Source: Vulcanimicrobiota bacterium (GTDB taxonomy: Bacteria; Vulcanimicrobiota; Vulcanimicrobiia; Vulcanimicrobiales; Vulcanimicrobiaceae). From it: 38,686 nt of DNA. Both the position numbers and the translations under genes were made by a program. The first letter of the stretch is position 1. Each line of letters starts with the position of its first letter. The stretch spans positions 1-38,686 of the forward strand of contig JASHPC010000049.1 of assembly GCA_030038335.1 (NCBI GenBank), in the 5' to 3' direction. The notes under the pieces are model-generated. The model worked only from the letters and a program-made list of their open reading frames with translations. It did no database searches and was not told the DNA's origin. Shown here in pieces: positions 1-7,883 of the stretch.

Positions 1-1978
1 CGCAGTATAACGCATATGTCGTGTCGTGAGTTCGTTCGTCGCGAGGATCGACGCGCCCGAAGATCCCCACCTCCGCCCCGTCGACGAGAAGCCTCGCGCA
101 CTTTCCCGGATGAAGGCCCGCTCGCTCTACGGCTTCCGTGACGACGGAGCGTCCGGAAACCTCGCGCAAGAACGCCTCCATGTCGCCTTTGACGCGGAGA
201 AACTCCGCGTCGCGCCACGGCGGGTCCTCGGCCTGCGCGCTCGACATGGCAAACGCGAGGAGCGGCAGCTCGACGATCGCGTCGTTGGACGCGAAGAACA
301 CGTGACCGATCTCGAAGAGACGTGTCGGTTCCGTCGCCCGCGCGACCGCAGTGAGAAGCGCGGGCTCGATCGCGGTGCGTAAGAAGCGCTGCTCCTCCGA
401 AAGAGGATTCTTCACCGCGACGCTCTCCGTCGTGTGCGACGATTGCAATGAGTGCGTAATCGTCTCGCGATACCCGATAGCGGCCATCGTCTGCGCCGCA
501 CGGCGCTCGAGGTCGTATTCGCGACTCGAGATCTCACGTGGCGCGATCGCCGGTACGGCGCTCTCGACGGCGTCATAGCCTTCCATGCGCGCGACCTCTT
601 CGACGAGGTCGGCACTGACGGTAAGATCGTCGCGCCAGGCCGGGGGCGAGACGACGAGCCTTTCTCCGTTTTCAGAGACGCCGCATCCCAGCGAAGAGAG
701 ACGCTCCGCGATGCGCTCTGCAGTTAGCTGCATGCCGAGCAGGCGCGTCACCTCATGCGGCGTCAGCGCGATCGAGCGGCGTGGCGGCAAAGAGCCAACG
801 ATGACCGGCGCGTACGCGCGAGCGCCAAGCTCAGTCACGAGCGAAGCTGCACGCGCTGCCGCAAGCTCGGCGAGCGCCGGCGGAATCGAGCGTTCGTGAC
901 GCGACGATGCCTCGGTGCGCAGCGAGAATGCTTGTGCCGTTCGCCGGACGCGCGCGCCGTTGAAGGTTGCCGCTTCGAGGAGCACCGACGTCGTGCCGTT
1001 CTCGACTTCGCTACCTGCGCCGCCCATAACGCCTGCGAGCCCGAGCGCCGTACGTTCGTCTGCAATCACCAGCGCGGCAGGTGAGAGCGTTCGTTCGACG
1101 CCATCGAGCGTGACGAGCCGTTCGCCCGCGCGGCCGTCGCGCACGACGAGACGTTCGCCCGTGACGCGTCGCGCGTCATAGAAATGTAGCGGCTGTCCAG
1201 TCTCGAGCATCACGTAGTTCGAGACGTCAACGATGTTGCTGATCGGACGGACGCCGCACAGCGCAAGTCGGACGCGAACCCCTACGGGCGACGCTCCGAC
1301 ACGCACGCCGTCAAACTGCTGCAGCACGAAATGCGAGCAGTCGTTGGACTCGAGGTCGACGCTCGCCGCAGAGGGTGCGGCATCCGAACCTGGATTGACG
1401 AACTCGGGCAGCCGCAGCGCTGTGCGATACGACGCTGCAAGCTCGCGAGCGAGACCGATTGCGCACATGGCGTCGACGCGATTGCTCGTGATCTCGACGT
1501 CGAGCACCGCGTCACGCAGTCGGAGTAACGCGATGACGTCTCCTCCGAGCGGCAGCGTGGCGTCGAGCTGCATGATGCCGTCGGCTTCGAACCATTCCGG
1601 TGGCAACGCAAGCTCGTCGGGAGAGCAGAGCATTCCCTCCGATGCAACTCCTCGCATGGAGCGGCGATCGATGGTCATCTGCGGAAGGCGCGCGCCGACG
1701 AGCGCGACCGGTACCGTCTGCCCAGCAGCGACGTTGGTGGCCGCGGTCACGATCGTCACCGGCGCTTCCTTCCCAACGTCAACCGTGCAGACGAAAAGCC
1801 GATCGGCATTTGGATGTCGCTCTACGGCGTCGAGACGCCCGACGACGACGTCCGTGATTTCAGGTCGCGCGACGATCTCTTCAACGGGAAAGCCGAGCAT
1901 CGCGAGACGCTCGGCAACGTCGTGCGCGCGGGCGGGAAGATCCACGTATTCGCGCAGCCAGGAGAGCGGAATGCGCAT
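1..1978 (-). CDS. pheT: Phenylalanine--tRNA ligase beta subunit; N-terminal ~659 codons, 3' end lies beyond the window start
   Basis: Reverse translation from ATG at 1978 reads MRIPLSWLREYVDLPARAHDVAERLAMLGFPVEEI...GRLDAVERHPNADRLFVCTVDVG, the classic PheT N-terminus. The frame is still open at position 2 (..LLVDGAEVGIFGRVDPRDERTHDTTYALYC). The ATG directly abuts the pheS stop (TAG-ATG). It is absent from the ORF track because it is open at the window edge. Confidence 0.9.
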   Translation of the reverse strand, partial: MRIPLSWLREYVDLPARAHDVAERLAMLGFPVEEIVARPEITDVVVGRLDAVERHPNADRLFVCTVDVGKEAPVTIVTAATNVAAGQTVPVALVGARLPQMTIDRRSMRGVASEGMLCSPDELALPPEWFEADGIMQLDATLPLGGDVIALLRLRDAVLDVEITSNRVDAMCAIGLARELAASYRTALRLPEFVNPGSDAAPSAASVDLESNDCSHFVLQQFDGVRVGASPVGVRVRLALCGVRPISNIVDVSNYVMLETGQPLHFYDARRVTGERLVVRDGRAGERLVTLDGVERTLSPAALVIADERTALGLAGVMGGAGSEVENGTTSVLLEAATFNGARVRRTAQAFSLRTEASSRHERSIPPALAELAAARAASLVTELGARAYAPVIVGSLPPRRSIALTPHEVTRLLGMQLTAERIAERLSSLGCGVSENGERLVVSPPAWRDDLTVSADLVEEVARMEGYDAVESAVPAIAPREISSREYDLERRAAQTMAAIGYRETITHSLQSSHTTESVAVKNPLSEEQRFLRTAIEPALLTAVARATEPTRLFEIGHVFFASNDAIVELPLLAFAMSSAQAEDPPWRDAEFLRVKGDMEAFLREVSGRSVVTEAVERAGLHPGKCARLLVDGAEVGIFGRVDPRDERTHDTTYALYC

Positions 1979-3022
1979 CTACGCTAGTGCGCCCAACTGT
2001 TCGAGAAAGTCGACGTCGCCGTCGACGAAACGGCGGATGTCGTCGACTTCGTAGCGCGTGAGCGCGAGCCGCTCGGCGCCGAATCCGAAAGCCCACCCTG
2101 AGACCGCGTTGGGATCGTATCCGACTTCGCGCAGAACGTTGGGATGCACCATGCCTGCGCCGCCCAGCTCGATCCATCCGGATCCGCCGCACATGCTGCA
2201 CGCAGGCGCCTCTCCTCGGCATTTCGGACACGTCGTGTCGACTTCGGCGCTCGGCTCGGTGAACGGAAAGAACGATGGGCGAAAGCGAACGCGCTGCGAC
2301 TCACCGAAGAGCGCGCGGCAAAGTCCGTCGAGCATGCCCTTCAGGTGACCGAAGTGCACGCCTTCGGCGACGAGAAGCCCTTCGATTTGATGAAACTGAA
2401 AGAGATGGCGTGCGTCGACCGCGTCGCGGCGATAACATTTTCCGGGCGCAACGATCGCAACTGGCGGATGGTGCCGTTGCATCGTTCGAATCTGCATCGG
2501 CGAGGTGTGCGGCCGCAGCAAAAGGTCGTCGCGGATCCAAAACGAGTCGAAGCCTTCGCGTGCGGGATGTTCGGCGGGAATGTTGAGCGCGTCGAAGTTA
2601 TAGTAATCGGGCTCGAGCTCCGGGCCGAGTACGATCGCAAATCCATGGCGCTCGAAGTACGCGCACGCATCGTCGATGATGCGCCGGACCGGGTGCAGCG
2701 ATCCGAGCGCTGGCCGCGTCGCGGGGAAGGTCACGTCGATGCGTTGCGCGAGCGCCTCCTGCGCGCTGCGCGCGGCGAGACGATCGCGGTTCTGCGCGAG
2801 AACGTCCTCCATCGCCGCGACGGCATCGTTAATCGCCTTTCCGGCTCCGGGACGTTGCGGCGGAGGCAGTCGTCCGATGCCCCGCCGAATGGCCGTGACC
2901 TCTCCGCTGCGCCCGAGATAGGCGACTCGGAGCTCCTCGAGAGTTTCCTCGTTGCTGGCTGCGGCTGCAGCCTCCGCAAAGCGAGCGCGCACCGTTTCGA
3001 GAGAGGCTGGGAGGTCGTTCAC
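1979..3022 (-). CDS. pheS: Phenylalanine--tRNA ligase alpha subunit
   Basis: 347-aa ORF with class II aaRS PheS hallmarks (..LLRPHTSPMQIRTM.., ..FQFHQIEGL.., ..FFPFTEPSAEVD.., ..GWAFGFGAERLA..). GTG start. Immediately followed by pheT. Confidence 0.95.
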   Translation of the reverse strand: MNDLPASLETVRARFAEAAAAASNEETLEELRVAYLGRSGEVTAIRRGIGRLPPPQRPGAGKAINDAVAAMEDVLAQNRDRLAARSAQEALAQRIDVTFPATRPALGSLHPVRRIIDDACAYFERHGFAIVLGPELEPDYYNFDALNIPAEHPAREGFDSFWIRDDLLLRPHTSPMQIRTMQRHHPPVAIVAPGKCYRRDAVDARHLFQFHQIEGLLVAEGVHFGHLKGMLDGLCRALFGESQRVRFRPSFFPFTEPSAEVDTTCPKCRGEAPACSMCGGSGWIELGGAGMVHPNVLREVGYDPNAVSGWAFGFGAERLALTRYEVDDIRRFVDGDVDFLEQLGALA

Positions 3023-3086
3023 TCGGGCGAAGTTCCAGAGGCGGCGAGGGCTTTCATGTTCGATCCTGGCAGTGCAGCGTGAGGGT

Positions 3087-3116
3087 AAAAAAAGGCCCGG
3101 CTAGCGTGCCGGGCTC
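3087..3116 (-). terminator. Rho-independent terminator (minus strand): GC stem plus U7
   Basis: On the minus strand the sequence reads AGCCCGGC-ACGCTA-GCCGGGCC followed by TTTTTTT. The arms are 3094-3101 and 3108-3115, the loop is 6 nt, and the A-run on the plus strand is 3087-3093. It lies about 30 nt after the stop of the micro-ORF at 3149. Confidence 0.8.
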
Positions 3117-3148
3117 TTTATCGAAGATTTGCGAGACTCTTCGTGTCT

Positions 3149-3250
3149 TCAGCTCGGACTCGGCGCGCTATGTGACCGCCGATATGCCAAGTAGGCGTTG
3201 ATCGACCCTGTTTGAGCGAAGAGTTTCCAGAAGAAATCGCAGGTTGCCAT
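3149..3250 (-). CDS. 33-aa YqzL-like small protein
   Basis: ATG at 3250 is preceded by GAAGGAGA. The peptide is MATCDFFWKLFAQTGSINAYLAYRRSHSAPSPS, which fits the remembered YqzL-family pattern F.WK.F..TG.I.AYL.Y[KR]. It has its own -10 element upstream and a strong terminator downstream. It is the C-terminal part of track ORF 3149..3487. Confidence 0.6.
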   Translation of the reverse strand: MATCDFFWKLFAQTGSINAYLAYRRSHSAPSPS

Positions 3251-3310
3251 GGGGCGTCTGGTCTCCTTCTCTGCACCGCCGGACCCCAGCGTGGTGCCCG
3301 GAATGGGGTG

Positions 3311-3319
3311 AGTATACCA
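3311..3319 (-). promoter_or_regulatory. Extended -10 promoter element TGGTATACT for the micro-gene
   Basis: The minus strand reads TGGTATACT, matching the TGnTATAAT class. It lies about 60 nt upstream of the micro-ORF ATG. No good -35 is visible at 17 nt (TACCGG). Confidence 0.4.
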
Positions 3320-3366
3320 CGCGGCTTTTCGGCCCGGTAGTCTTGACAATGCCGTGACAATACGCC

Positions 3367-4143
3367 CTATCCGAGGCTGCGGCGGCTTGCTTCGTGGAGG
3401 GCGATGGACCCGGCGACACCGGCGTTGAGGCTCTCGGCCGGAGGGCGCATAGAAATCCTGAACTCGCGGTCGCAAATGGTCCTCCACGGCCCGAGACCAC
3501 GCCGTTCCTGGCCAACGACGAGGACGGCATCGGCTGGAAGTGCCGACACGTCGAGAGTGCCGCTACTACTGAGCCCCGCGATCGTGCGCTGACCGCCGCG
3601 CACTGCTTCGGCGAGCGTCTGCGGCGTAGCCTCCGCGAGGGGAACGCGGAAGATGGCCCCCATAGCCGCCCTGACGACCTTCGGATGGTACGGGTCGACG
3701 CCGTCGGGGCCAAAGACGACGCCCGCGGCACCGAAAGCCTCCGCCGACCGCAGCAGCGTTCCCGCGTTTCCGGGATCTGACAGGCCGGCGAGGACCAAGA
3801 CTGGTCCGCGTCGCTCGAGGAGCGTCTCCAGGTCGTCGAGCCTGCGCCTTCCGATGGCGACGATGCCGCTTGGCGTTTCGACCCCGGATAGACGCTTTGC
3901 GACGCGGTCTCCAACGATCCAGAGAGCACTTCCAGCCGACTCCAACTCGCGCAGGGTTGGGCAGCGGCCGTACGCAGCCTCGGTTGTGAATATCTCGTCG
4001 GGTACGAGGCCGCTTTGCTGCGCTTCGAGGACGAGCGTCTCGCCTTCGAAGAGAAATCGTCCGGCCTTTCGCGCCTCGCGGGGCTCGAGAAGCAAGCGAA
4101 CCTCGCGCAGGCTGGCCGCGTGGTCGCCGAGGCGAGTTGCCAT
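3367..4143 (-). CDS. TrmH/SpoU-family RNA 2'-O-methyltransferase (YsgA-like position upstream of pheST)
   Basis: SpoU-type motifs are present: ..LVLAGLSDPGNAGTLLRSAEAFGA.., ..VLVVGQERRGL.., ..ISMRPPAESLNAGVAGSIALHE... I place the start at ATG 4143 (MATRLGDH..) because the upstream small ORF stops 1 nt before it (TAA-G-ATG). The track start at 4170 is an alternative. Confidence 0.85.
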   Translation of the reverse strand: MATRLGDHAASLREVRLLLEPREARKAGRFLFEGETLVLEAQQSGLVPDEIFTTEAAYGRCPTLRELESAGSALWIVGDRVAKRLSGVETPSGIVAIGRRRLDDLETLLERRGPVLVLAGLSDPGNAGTLLRSAEAFGAAGVVFGPDGVDPYHPKVVRAAMGAIFRVPLAEATPQTLAEAVRGGQRTIAGLSSSGTLDVSALPADAVLVVGQERRGLGPWRTICDREFRISMRPPAESLNAGVAGSIALHEASRRSLG

Positions 4144-4144
4144 C

Positions 4145-4333
4145 TTACGGCCTTCGCGCTCGAGCGGCACGCGTCACGACGAAGACGACGGCTGCGATGA
4201 TCGCCGCGATTGCGTCGGCAACCTTGTCGTTGAAGTGGCGTGGAAAGGCCGCGTTCACGAAGATGTTCATCGCGTACACGGCGATGACGAGCAGGACGAG
4301 AAAGTAGACGAGCCACCCAAGCTCTCCGAGGAT
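4145..4333 (-). CDS. Putative 62-aa two-TM membrane protein with no canonical start codon
   Basis: The frame reads ILGELGWLVYFLVLLVIAVYAMNIFVNAAFPRHFNDKVADAIAAIIAAVVFVVTRAARARRP, with two hydrophobic spans. GGAGGA (4344..4339) sits 5 nt upstream of ATC at 4333. The TAA stop lies 1 nt before the methyltransferase ATG. Internal ATG 4270 would give a 41-aa product but has no SD. Confidence 0.35.
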   Translation of the reverse strand: MLGELGWLVYFLVLLVIAVYAMNIFVNAAFPRHFNDKVADAIAAIIAAVVFVVTRAARARRP

Positions 4334-4362
4334 TGAGTTCCTCCGCACCGCATGAGGATACC

Positions 4363-4932
4363 ATGACCGACGAGACTCCGCAGACACTTTCTTCCAAAGA
4401 AGTCTTCGCAGGGCGTGTCTTTCACGTGCGCGTCGACGAACTGCGCTACGCCGACGGATCCGCGCATAGGTGTGACGTCGTCGAACATGCCGGTTCGTTC
4501 GCCATCGTCGCGTTGACCGATCGCAACGAGATCGTGCTCGTCCGGCAGTATCGTCATCCGACAAGAGTGATGCTCTGGGAGATTCCGGCGGGAACCGCTG
4601 AACCCGGCGAGGATCCTCGGGAAGGCGCACTGCGAGAGCTCGCCGAGGAGACGGGATACCGCGCCTCTCGCATTCGTCGGATCGCAGGTGGCTACGTGAC
4701 ACCCGGCTTTTGCAGCGAGTTCGTGCATCTCTTTCTCGCGCAGCGTCTTACCGAGGGTAAGCAGTCGCTCGACGAGGACGAGCGCGTCGAGGTCGCCCTC
4801 GTCTCGCTCGAACGCGCGCTCGAGATGATGGAAGCGGGCGAGATCGTGGATGTAAAGACTTTGCTAGCTTTGCAGTGGACGGCATTGCGGAGGGGTGAAC
4901 TTGGCTCCGGAACGGTCGATAGAAAGGGTTGA
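4363..4932 (+). CDS. NUDIX hydrolase, ADP-ribose pyrophosphatase-like
   Basis: The Nudix box GTAEPGEDPREGALRELAEETGY is present, with NudF-like flanks (FAGRVFHVRVDELRYADG, LVRQYRHP). ATG 4363 has a GAGGA SD. I consider the track's TTG 4333 start an over-extension. Confidence 0.85.
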   Translation: MTDETPQTLSSKEVFAGRVFHVRVDELRYADGSAHRCDVVEHAGSFAIVALTDRNEIVLVRQYRHPTRVMLWEIPAGTAEPGEDPREGALRELAEETGYRASRIRRIAGGYVTPGFCSEFVHLFLAQRLTEGKQSLDEDERVEVALVSLERALEMMEAGEIVDVKTLLALQWTALRRGELGSGTVDRKG

Positions 4933-4966
4933 CCGCACCGGTATGGTGCAACCGGAGGACAACATC

Positions 4967-5251
4967 GTGGAAATCCCGGGTGACCTCGACGCCGTTCTGA
5001 AGCGTATACTGAACGGCTCGCGACCCGCGGTCGCGAAGGGCGACCGCTCGATTCTCGCCGCAGAGGACGAGGCATATCTTGCGTCGCTCGTCGACGCAGT
5101 GCGAACGGGCCGCCGCGCGGTGCTCATCGTCGAGGACGTCGACGAGCGTCTTCGTTATATGTTCAGTAACGCGTCACCCGCGGAAGCCGTCGCTATGCTC
5201 GGAAAAGTTACCGAGGCCACCGGACGGCGCATCGCCGAGCACGACATCTAA
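4967..5251 (+). CDS. Hypothetical 94-aa protein
   Basis: GTG 4967 lies 7 nt after GGAGGA. The product is (M)EIPGDLDAVLKRILNGSRPAVAKGDRSILAAEDEAYLASLVDAVRTGRRAVLIVEDVDERLRYMF... I recognise no family. The composition is not Arg/Ser-biased as in the antisense artefacts. Confidence 0.45.
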   Translation: MEIPGDLDAVLKRILNGSRPAVAKGDRSILAAEDEAYLASLVDAVRTGRRAVLIVEDVDERLRYMFSNASPAEAVAMLGKVTEATGRRIAEHDI

Positions 5252-5268
5252 CGTCTGTCTCTATCGCT

Positions 5269-6579
5269 CTACGGCATCAGCGAGAGAAAATCTATCTTGC
5301 CGTCGGGTGTGAGCACGAATTGGAAGTGACGCTCGCCGTGCGCAAAGAGTGCTAAGAATTCGTAGTCCGTATCACCGTGTCGTTCCGTTGCGCTTGAAAT
5401 CGGCACGAGCGAGACGAGAGGCCCGAGCGGCGCAATCTGCATCTGCCTGACCATCGAATCGCTAAGATACCTGCTGAACTGCGGCGTCAGCTGCGTGCGA
5501 TCGAGACGATCCGTCGCGAGAAACCCGACCCACTGACGTGCGCGCGTCACGATGCTGTTATCGACGCGCCGCGCGCTGGGCGGCTCGACGACGTCGAGAA
5601 TACGGCCCGCGATGCTTTCGGGTACGGCGGCGGGGCCGTGAAGTGAGTCGACGTTCGCGAGCACGATGACGGCCACGTGATCGTCGGGAAGCACCGCGTT
5701 CATCGCGTGAAATCCAGGGACCTCACCGTTTTGCCAATAGAAGCGCCGTCCGCTGCGCTGGTCGAGCGTCCAACCCATGCCGTGCGCCTCGAACGCATCC
5801 GGGACACCCGGCGAGAACATCGTGCGAACGGCGTCGACGCGTAGGAGAATCGGAAACTCGATATCCCATTTTGCGAGGTCGTAGACGTCGCTGATGACGC
5901 CGGCGTCACCGTCGAGACGGGTGACGCTCCACGGTATCGCGCGTTCGAAACGGCTGCCCTCCACCGTGTAACCGACGGCGCTCTCCGGGGAGAGTCCGGT
6001 GTCGCCCGCGTAGAGCGACGCGTCCATGACGAGAGGAACGAAGATGTGCTGCTCCACGAAATCAGAGAGCGGCTCGCCTGAAAGACGCTCGACGATCTGC
6101 GCTGCCGCGAGATAGTTCAGCGGATTATCCTCGAACGCAGTGCCAGGCGCCGCAACCGGTTGCGCCGCGTTGGCTTTCGCGAAGAGATGGTCCGATGCAG
6201 TAACGATCGGCAATCCCGACGTTTGGTCGAGCAACTCCCGCACGGTGACGTGCGACGCGACCGTTAACTCCGGCAGATACTTCGTGACGGGATCGTCGAG
6301 CTTCACCCTTCCCTGCTGCTCGAGGATGAGCATCGCAGCCGCAGTGAACTGTTCGCTGATCTGACCGATGCCAAACTGCGTGCCCGGCGAGGCGGGAACG
6401 CGGTGCGAAAGATTCGCGACGCCGAATCCACGCGCGTAAACGATGCGGCCGTCCTCGACGACGCCGACGGCGATTCCAGGCGTTCTGTGACTGGAGAACT
6501 CTGAAGCGACGATCGCATCGATGCGATGCGCCGTCGCCGAAGTGAATCCCAACGCCGCGAACAGCAGCGCCGCGATCAC
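5269..6579 (-). CDS. Secreted beta-lactamase/transpeptidase-fold protein with degenerate catalytic motifs (probable pseudoenzyme)
   Basis: N-terminal signal-like MIAALLFAALGFTSATA. It is collinear with the paralog at 17462..18436, but SxxK reads QISE, YxN reads DNP and H-S-G reads Q-N-G. Confidence 0.8.
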   Translation of the reverse strand: MIAALLFAALGFTSATAHRIDAIVASEFSSHRTPGIAVGVVEDGRIVYARGFGVANLSHRVPASPGTQFGIGQISEQFTAAAMLILEQQGRVKLDDPVTKYLPELTVASHVTVRELLDQTSGLPIVTASDHLFAKANAAQPVAAPGTAFEDNPLNYLAAAQIVERLSGEPLSDFVEQHIFVPLVMDASLYAGDTGLSPESAVGYTVEGSRFERAIPWSVTRLDGDAGVISDVYDLAKWDIEFPILLRVDAVRTMFSPGVPDAFEAHGMGWTLDQRSGRRFYWQNGEVPGFHAMNAVLPDDHVAVIVLANVDSLHGPAAVPESIAGRILDVVEPPSARRVDNSIVTRARQWVGFLATDRLDRTQLTPQFSRYLSDSMVRQMQIAPLGPLVSLVPISSATERHGDTDYEFLALFAHGERHFQFVLTPDGKIDFLSLMP

Positions 6580-6580
6580 G

Positions 6581-6940
6581 TTACTTCCCTACCGCCTGCT
6601 TTGCGAGATCGAGGAGACTTCCGAACGCCTTGGCATCCGTCACCGCAAGGTCGGCGAGCGCCTTCCGGTTCAGCGTCACACCCGATTTCTTCAAGCCGTG
6701 CATGAGCAGTGAGTACGAGAGACCCTCGCGCCGCGCCGCGGCGTTGATCCTGCTGATCCAGAGCGAGCGAAAATCACGCTTGCGCACGCGCCGGTCGCGA
6801 AAGGCGTATGCCAGGGATTTTAATAGCGCCTCGTTCGCGACGCGGTAGTTGCGCCGCCGTGCAGCGCGGAATCCCTTGACGAGCTTCATGACGCGGCGGC
6901 GATGTTTCGTGCCGCCGACGCCGCGCTTGATACGTGCCAT
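6581..6940 (-). CDS. rplT: 50S ribosomal protein L20
   Basis: [39 protein letters not shown]... is the canonical L20 sequence. Confidence 0.97.
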   Translation of the reverse strand: MARIKRGVGGTKHRRRVMKLVKGFRAARRRNYRVANEALLKSLAYAFRDRRVRKRDFRSLWISRINAAARREGLSYSLLMHGLKKSGVTLNRKALADLAVTDAKAFGSLLDLAKQAVGK

Positions 6941-6951
6941 GTCGACTCCTC

Positions 6952-7158
6952 CTAGACCAGATACGGGATCATCGCGCGCATACGGCGCATGTCGCCGGGC
7001 GCCGTCGGCTGATCCTTGCGAAAGTGACGCTTCCGCTTCTGCGATTTCTTGCTGAGAATATGACCGCAGCCGTCGAACTGGTGACGGTGCAGCACGCGGC
7101 CGCTCGCCGTCACCTTGACGCGCTTGGCCGTACCGCGATGCGTTCTAATCTTAGGCAC
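6952..7158 (-). CDS. rpmI: 50S ribosomal protein L35
   Basis: [22 protein letters not shown]... is the canonical L35 sequence. It overlaps the infC 3' end by 8 nt. Confidence 0.95.
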   Translation of the reverse strand: MPKIRTHRGTAKRVKVTASGRVLHRHQFDGCGHILSKKSQKRKRHFRKDQPTAPGDMRRMRAMIPYLV

Positions 7159-7708
7159 TGGTCTGCTCCTTTCTTGAATACTTCGGCGGGCCCGCGGGCA
7201 CCGTGCGAGGCGCGAGGATCATGAACATGTTCTTACCTTCGAGACGGGGCTCGCGTTCGACCGTCGCGAGAGGCGCCATGTCTTCCGCCATGCGATCCAG
7301 GAGACGCCTGCCGAAGATTGCGTACGTGATCTCTCGTCCGCGGAACATGATCGTCACCTTGATCTTGCTTCCGTCTTGCAAGAGACGCTCCGCCATGCGG
7401 GCCTTCGTCTCGTAGTCGTGCGTCTCGATCTTGGGACGCAGCTTCACTTCTTTGAGCTCGAAATGGCGCTGCTTCTTGCGCGCGTCTTTGTCTTTCTTCG
7501 ACTGTTCGTACTTGAGCCGTCCGTAGTCGCCGATCTTGCATACCGGCGGTTGAGCGTTCGGCGAGATTTCGATCAGGTCCAATCCGGCGATGCGTGCTCG
7601 CGACTGAGCGTCTTCGATCGGCATGATGCCGAGTTGTGCGCCGTTTTCGTCGATGACGCGAACCGAGCGGATTCGTATTTGATCGTTGATGCGCAGCGGT
7701 CGAGCTAT
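7151..7708 (-). CDS. infC: Translation initiation factor IF-3, initiating at a non-canonical ATA codon
   Basis: The track ORF (from ATG 7624) begins inside the conserved N-domain. The same frame continues upstream as (I)ARPLRINDQIRIRSVRVIDENGAQLGI-MPIEDAQ.., the IF3 N-terminus. Between the in-frame TAA (7750..7748) and 7624 there is no ATG, GTG or TTG. ATA at 7708 lies 7 nt after GGGAG. Confidence 0.85.
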   Translation of the reverse strand: MARPLRINDQIRIRSVRVIDENGAQLGIMPIEDAQSRARIAGLDLIEISPNAQPPVCKIGDYGRLKYEQSKKDKDARKKQRHFELKEVKLRPKIETHDYETKARMAERLLQDGSKIKVTIMFRGREITYAIFGRRLLDRMAEDMAPLATVEREPRLEGKNMFMILAPRTVPAGPPKYSRKEQTSA

Positions 7709-7883
7709 GGCGTTTCTCCCTCGATTACGATCGTGACGTCGTCCTCCTTAAAAAACAAAAAATGGCGTCGCCGAAGCAACCCCACTCGCTCGGAACCGGC
7801 CGGCGGTCCCTCTCGTGTGCGACCGGATCGCCCGCGGGCATCCGGTGAGTACCCCACGCTGGGGGCACTGCTTCGGCTCCGAG
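7709..7883 (-). promoter_or_regulatory. infC-rpmI-rplT 5' leader, possibly an L20-responsive attenuator-type leader
   Basis: This is a ~170-nt untranslated GC-rich segment between the predicted promoter and infC. It contains several hairpins (CCCCA-GCG-TGGGG; CCGGAT..ATCCGG) and a terminator-like hairpin with a U-tract. The architecture resembles the Firmicute L20 leader. I cannot verify the Rfam model by eye. Confidence 0.4.
7750..7790 (-). terminator. Leader terminator/attenuator upstream of infC
   Basis: The minus strand reads GGGGTTGC-TTCG-GCGACGCC (core GTTGC/GCGAC around a UUCG loop) followed by ATTTTTTGTTTTTT. A strong AAGGAGGA follows at 7749..7742. Confidence 0.45.

Noticed and set aside
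3023-3086. Possible T-box riboswitch or pheM-type leader peptide directly upstream of pheS. A 12-codon uORF, MKALAASGTSPE, has a TGA that overlaps the pheS GTG.
   Set aside because: Only about 64 nt are available, which is far too short for a T-box. The uORF contains no Phe codons and has no SD.
3343-3366. Plus-strand TTGACA at 3343-3348 as a promoter -35 element.
   Set aside because: The best downstream -10 candidate (TATCCG) is poor and sits 19 nt away. No plus-strand gene follows it, because the region is the 3' end of a minus-strand gene.
7709-7749. A leader peptide (..KEDDVTIVIEGETP) starting after the strong AAGGAGGA and ending in TAG overlapping the infC ATA.
   Set aside because: No ATG, GTG or TTG follows the SD in that frame. 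The only candidate is an ATC 11 nt downstream. I keep it as a note inside the infC finding rather than calling it a gene.
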